From the IMG/VR virus record IMGVR_UViG_2541047844_000003: a stretch of 7,336 nucleotides of DNA. The stretch is one strand, 5' to 3'. Made by a program: the position numbers and the translations under genes. Positions 6,677 to 7,336 of the stretch are shown here, piece after piece (within the stretch, counting starts at the first letter, position 1; each line of letters starts with the position of its first letter). The DNA is from a virus. Its lineage: Duplodnaviria; Heunggongvirae; Uroviricota; Caudoviricetes. The notes below the pieces were generated by a model that made no database searches, was not told the DNA's origin, and worked only from the letters and a program-made list of their open reading frames with translations.

Positions 6677-7087
6677 TTAGTGCGGAAATATTTGTGTAGT
6701 GTTCTGAATGTTCTCAGTAAAGAGTAATGAATTATCAAAGGTATAGTAATACCTTTTGTTTTCGTGGATATTTGTAATCCATCTGAAAACCCCTGCTGTA
6801 GCAAGATTTTTCCTGTATTCGTAAAATGATAACTCTCCTGATTTGAATCCTTTTAAGGTGGCTTCTATAAGGCATTTATTTTTTGAAAATCTTACATTTA
6901 CAACCTTACTCTGTCCTTTTATTAAAACCGTATTATCGTTTTCAAGAACAAGATGAATATTCTCTGTGGCTAAATAGTAAATGTAATGTGAGACATTGTG
7001 ACGTTTTAGTTCAGAATAAAACCAGTGATAGTTTAAATTATTTCGCACTTTATCGAATATTTGTTTAAAAATGGCAACCTGAGCCAT
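6677..7087 (-). CDS. ybcV: DUF1398-family protein (YbcV-like), 136 aa, function unknown
   Basis: Product [58 protein letters not shown]... matches DLP12 YbcV as recalled. ATG at 7087 preferred over the track's 7102 because GGAAGG lies about 8 nt upstream. The gene is markedly AT-rich. Confidence 0.8.
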   Translation of the reverse strand: MAQVAIFKQIFDKVRNNLNYHWFYSELKRHNVSHYIYYLATENIHLVLENDNTVLIKGQSKVVNVRFSKNKCLIEATLKGFKSGELSFYEYRKNLATAGVFRWITNIHENKRYYYTFDNSLLFTENIQNTTQIFPH

Positions 7088-7091
7088 TGTA

Positions 7092-7117
7092 GTACCTTCC
7101 ATGTGATATGAAGGTAC
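7092..7117 (-). promoter_or_regulatory. 8-bp perfect inverted repeat overlapping the ybcV ribosome-binding site; possible operator or RBS-sequestering hairpin
   Basis: GTACCTTC (7092-7099) / GAAGGTAC (7110-7117) with a 10-nt spacer. In the minus-strand mRNA the arm CCTTC can pair with the GGAAGG Shine-Dalgarno of ybcV. Confidence 0.3.
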
Positions 7118-7144
7118 CTAGTCTGCACGATTATCTAAATTGCT

Positions 7145-7336
7145 TCAATCTGGTCTGACCTGCTTTCTGAGCAATTCAGTAATGTCACTCTTTTCTTTGT
7201 TTGCTTCAGGCGAAACTCTTTTTTCTGAGCACAGTCTTCGGCGGCAGGCTTCAATGACCCAGGCTGAGAAATTCCCAGACCCTTTTTGCTCAAGAGCGAT
7301 GTTAATTTGTTCAATCATTTGGTTAGGAAAGCGGAT
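7145..7336 (-). CDS. partial ORF (5' end beyond the window) with ribbon-helix-helix-like (Arc/CopG-type) features
   Basis: Minus-strand frame open from the window edge: IRFPNQMIEQINIALEQKGSGNFSAWVIEACRRRLCSEKRVSPEANKEKSDITELLRKQVRPD, stop at 7145-7147. The pattern of a short strand (IRFP), a helix, G-S-G-N, then a second helix resembles the Arc repressor fold. Ends 57 bp upstream of ybcV on the same strand. Confidence 0.45.
   Translation of the reverse strand: MRFPNQMIEQINIALEQKGSGNFSAWVIEACRRRLCSEKRVSPEANKEKSDITELLRKQVRPD

Noticed and set aside
6883-7068. 61-aa + strand ORF inside ybcV
   Set aside because: Antisense to ybcV in an AT-rich region where open frames arise by chance.
1-7336. 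CRISPR arrays, tRNA or rRNA genes
   Set aside because: No regularly spaced direct repeats and no cloverleaf-like or rRNA-like sequence seen anywhere in the window.

Overview
This window reads as a segment of a DLP12-like defective lambdoid prophage of Escherichia coli, identified from the sequence and from recalled protein families, with no database search run. Left to right: the last ~95 bp of an IS2 element; a short ORF fragment ending in a strong terminator; an unrecognised 169-aa membrane-anchored ORF with its own promoter-like region; the nin cassette (ybcN/ninB-like, ninE, ybcO, rusA, ylcG) joined by overlapping start/stop codons; the late antiterminator Q (quuD); an intact OmpC-family porin (nmpC) on the opposite strand; a phage-21-type lysis cassette (essD pinholin, rrrD SAR endolysin, rzpD/rzoD spanins); an ORF-poor gap where bor would be expected; and ybcV (DUF1398) preceded by a partial ribbon-helix-helix-like ORF at the right edge. 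The best candidates for an undescribed system are the 169-aa ORF at 586-1095 and the RHH/ybcV pair at 6677-7336. The exact positions of the late promoter and the nmpC promoter could not be fixed by eye.
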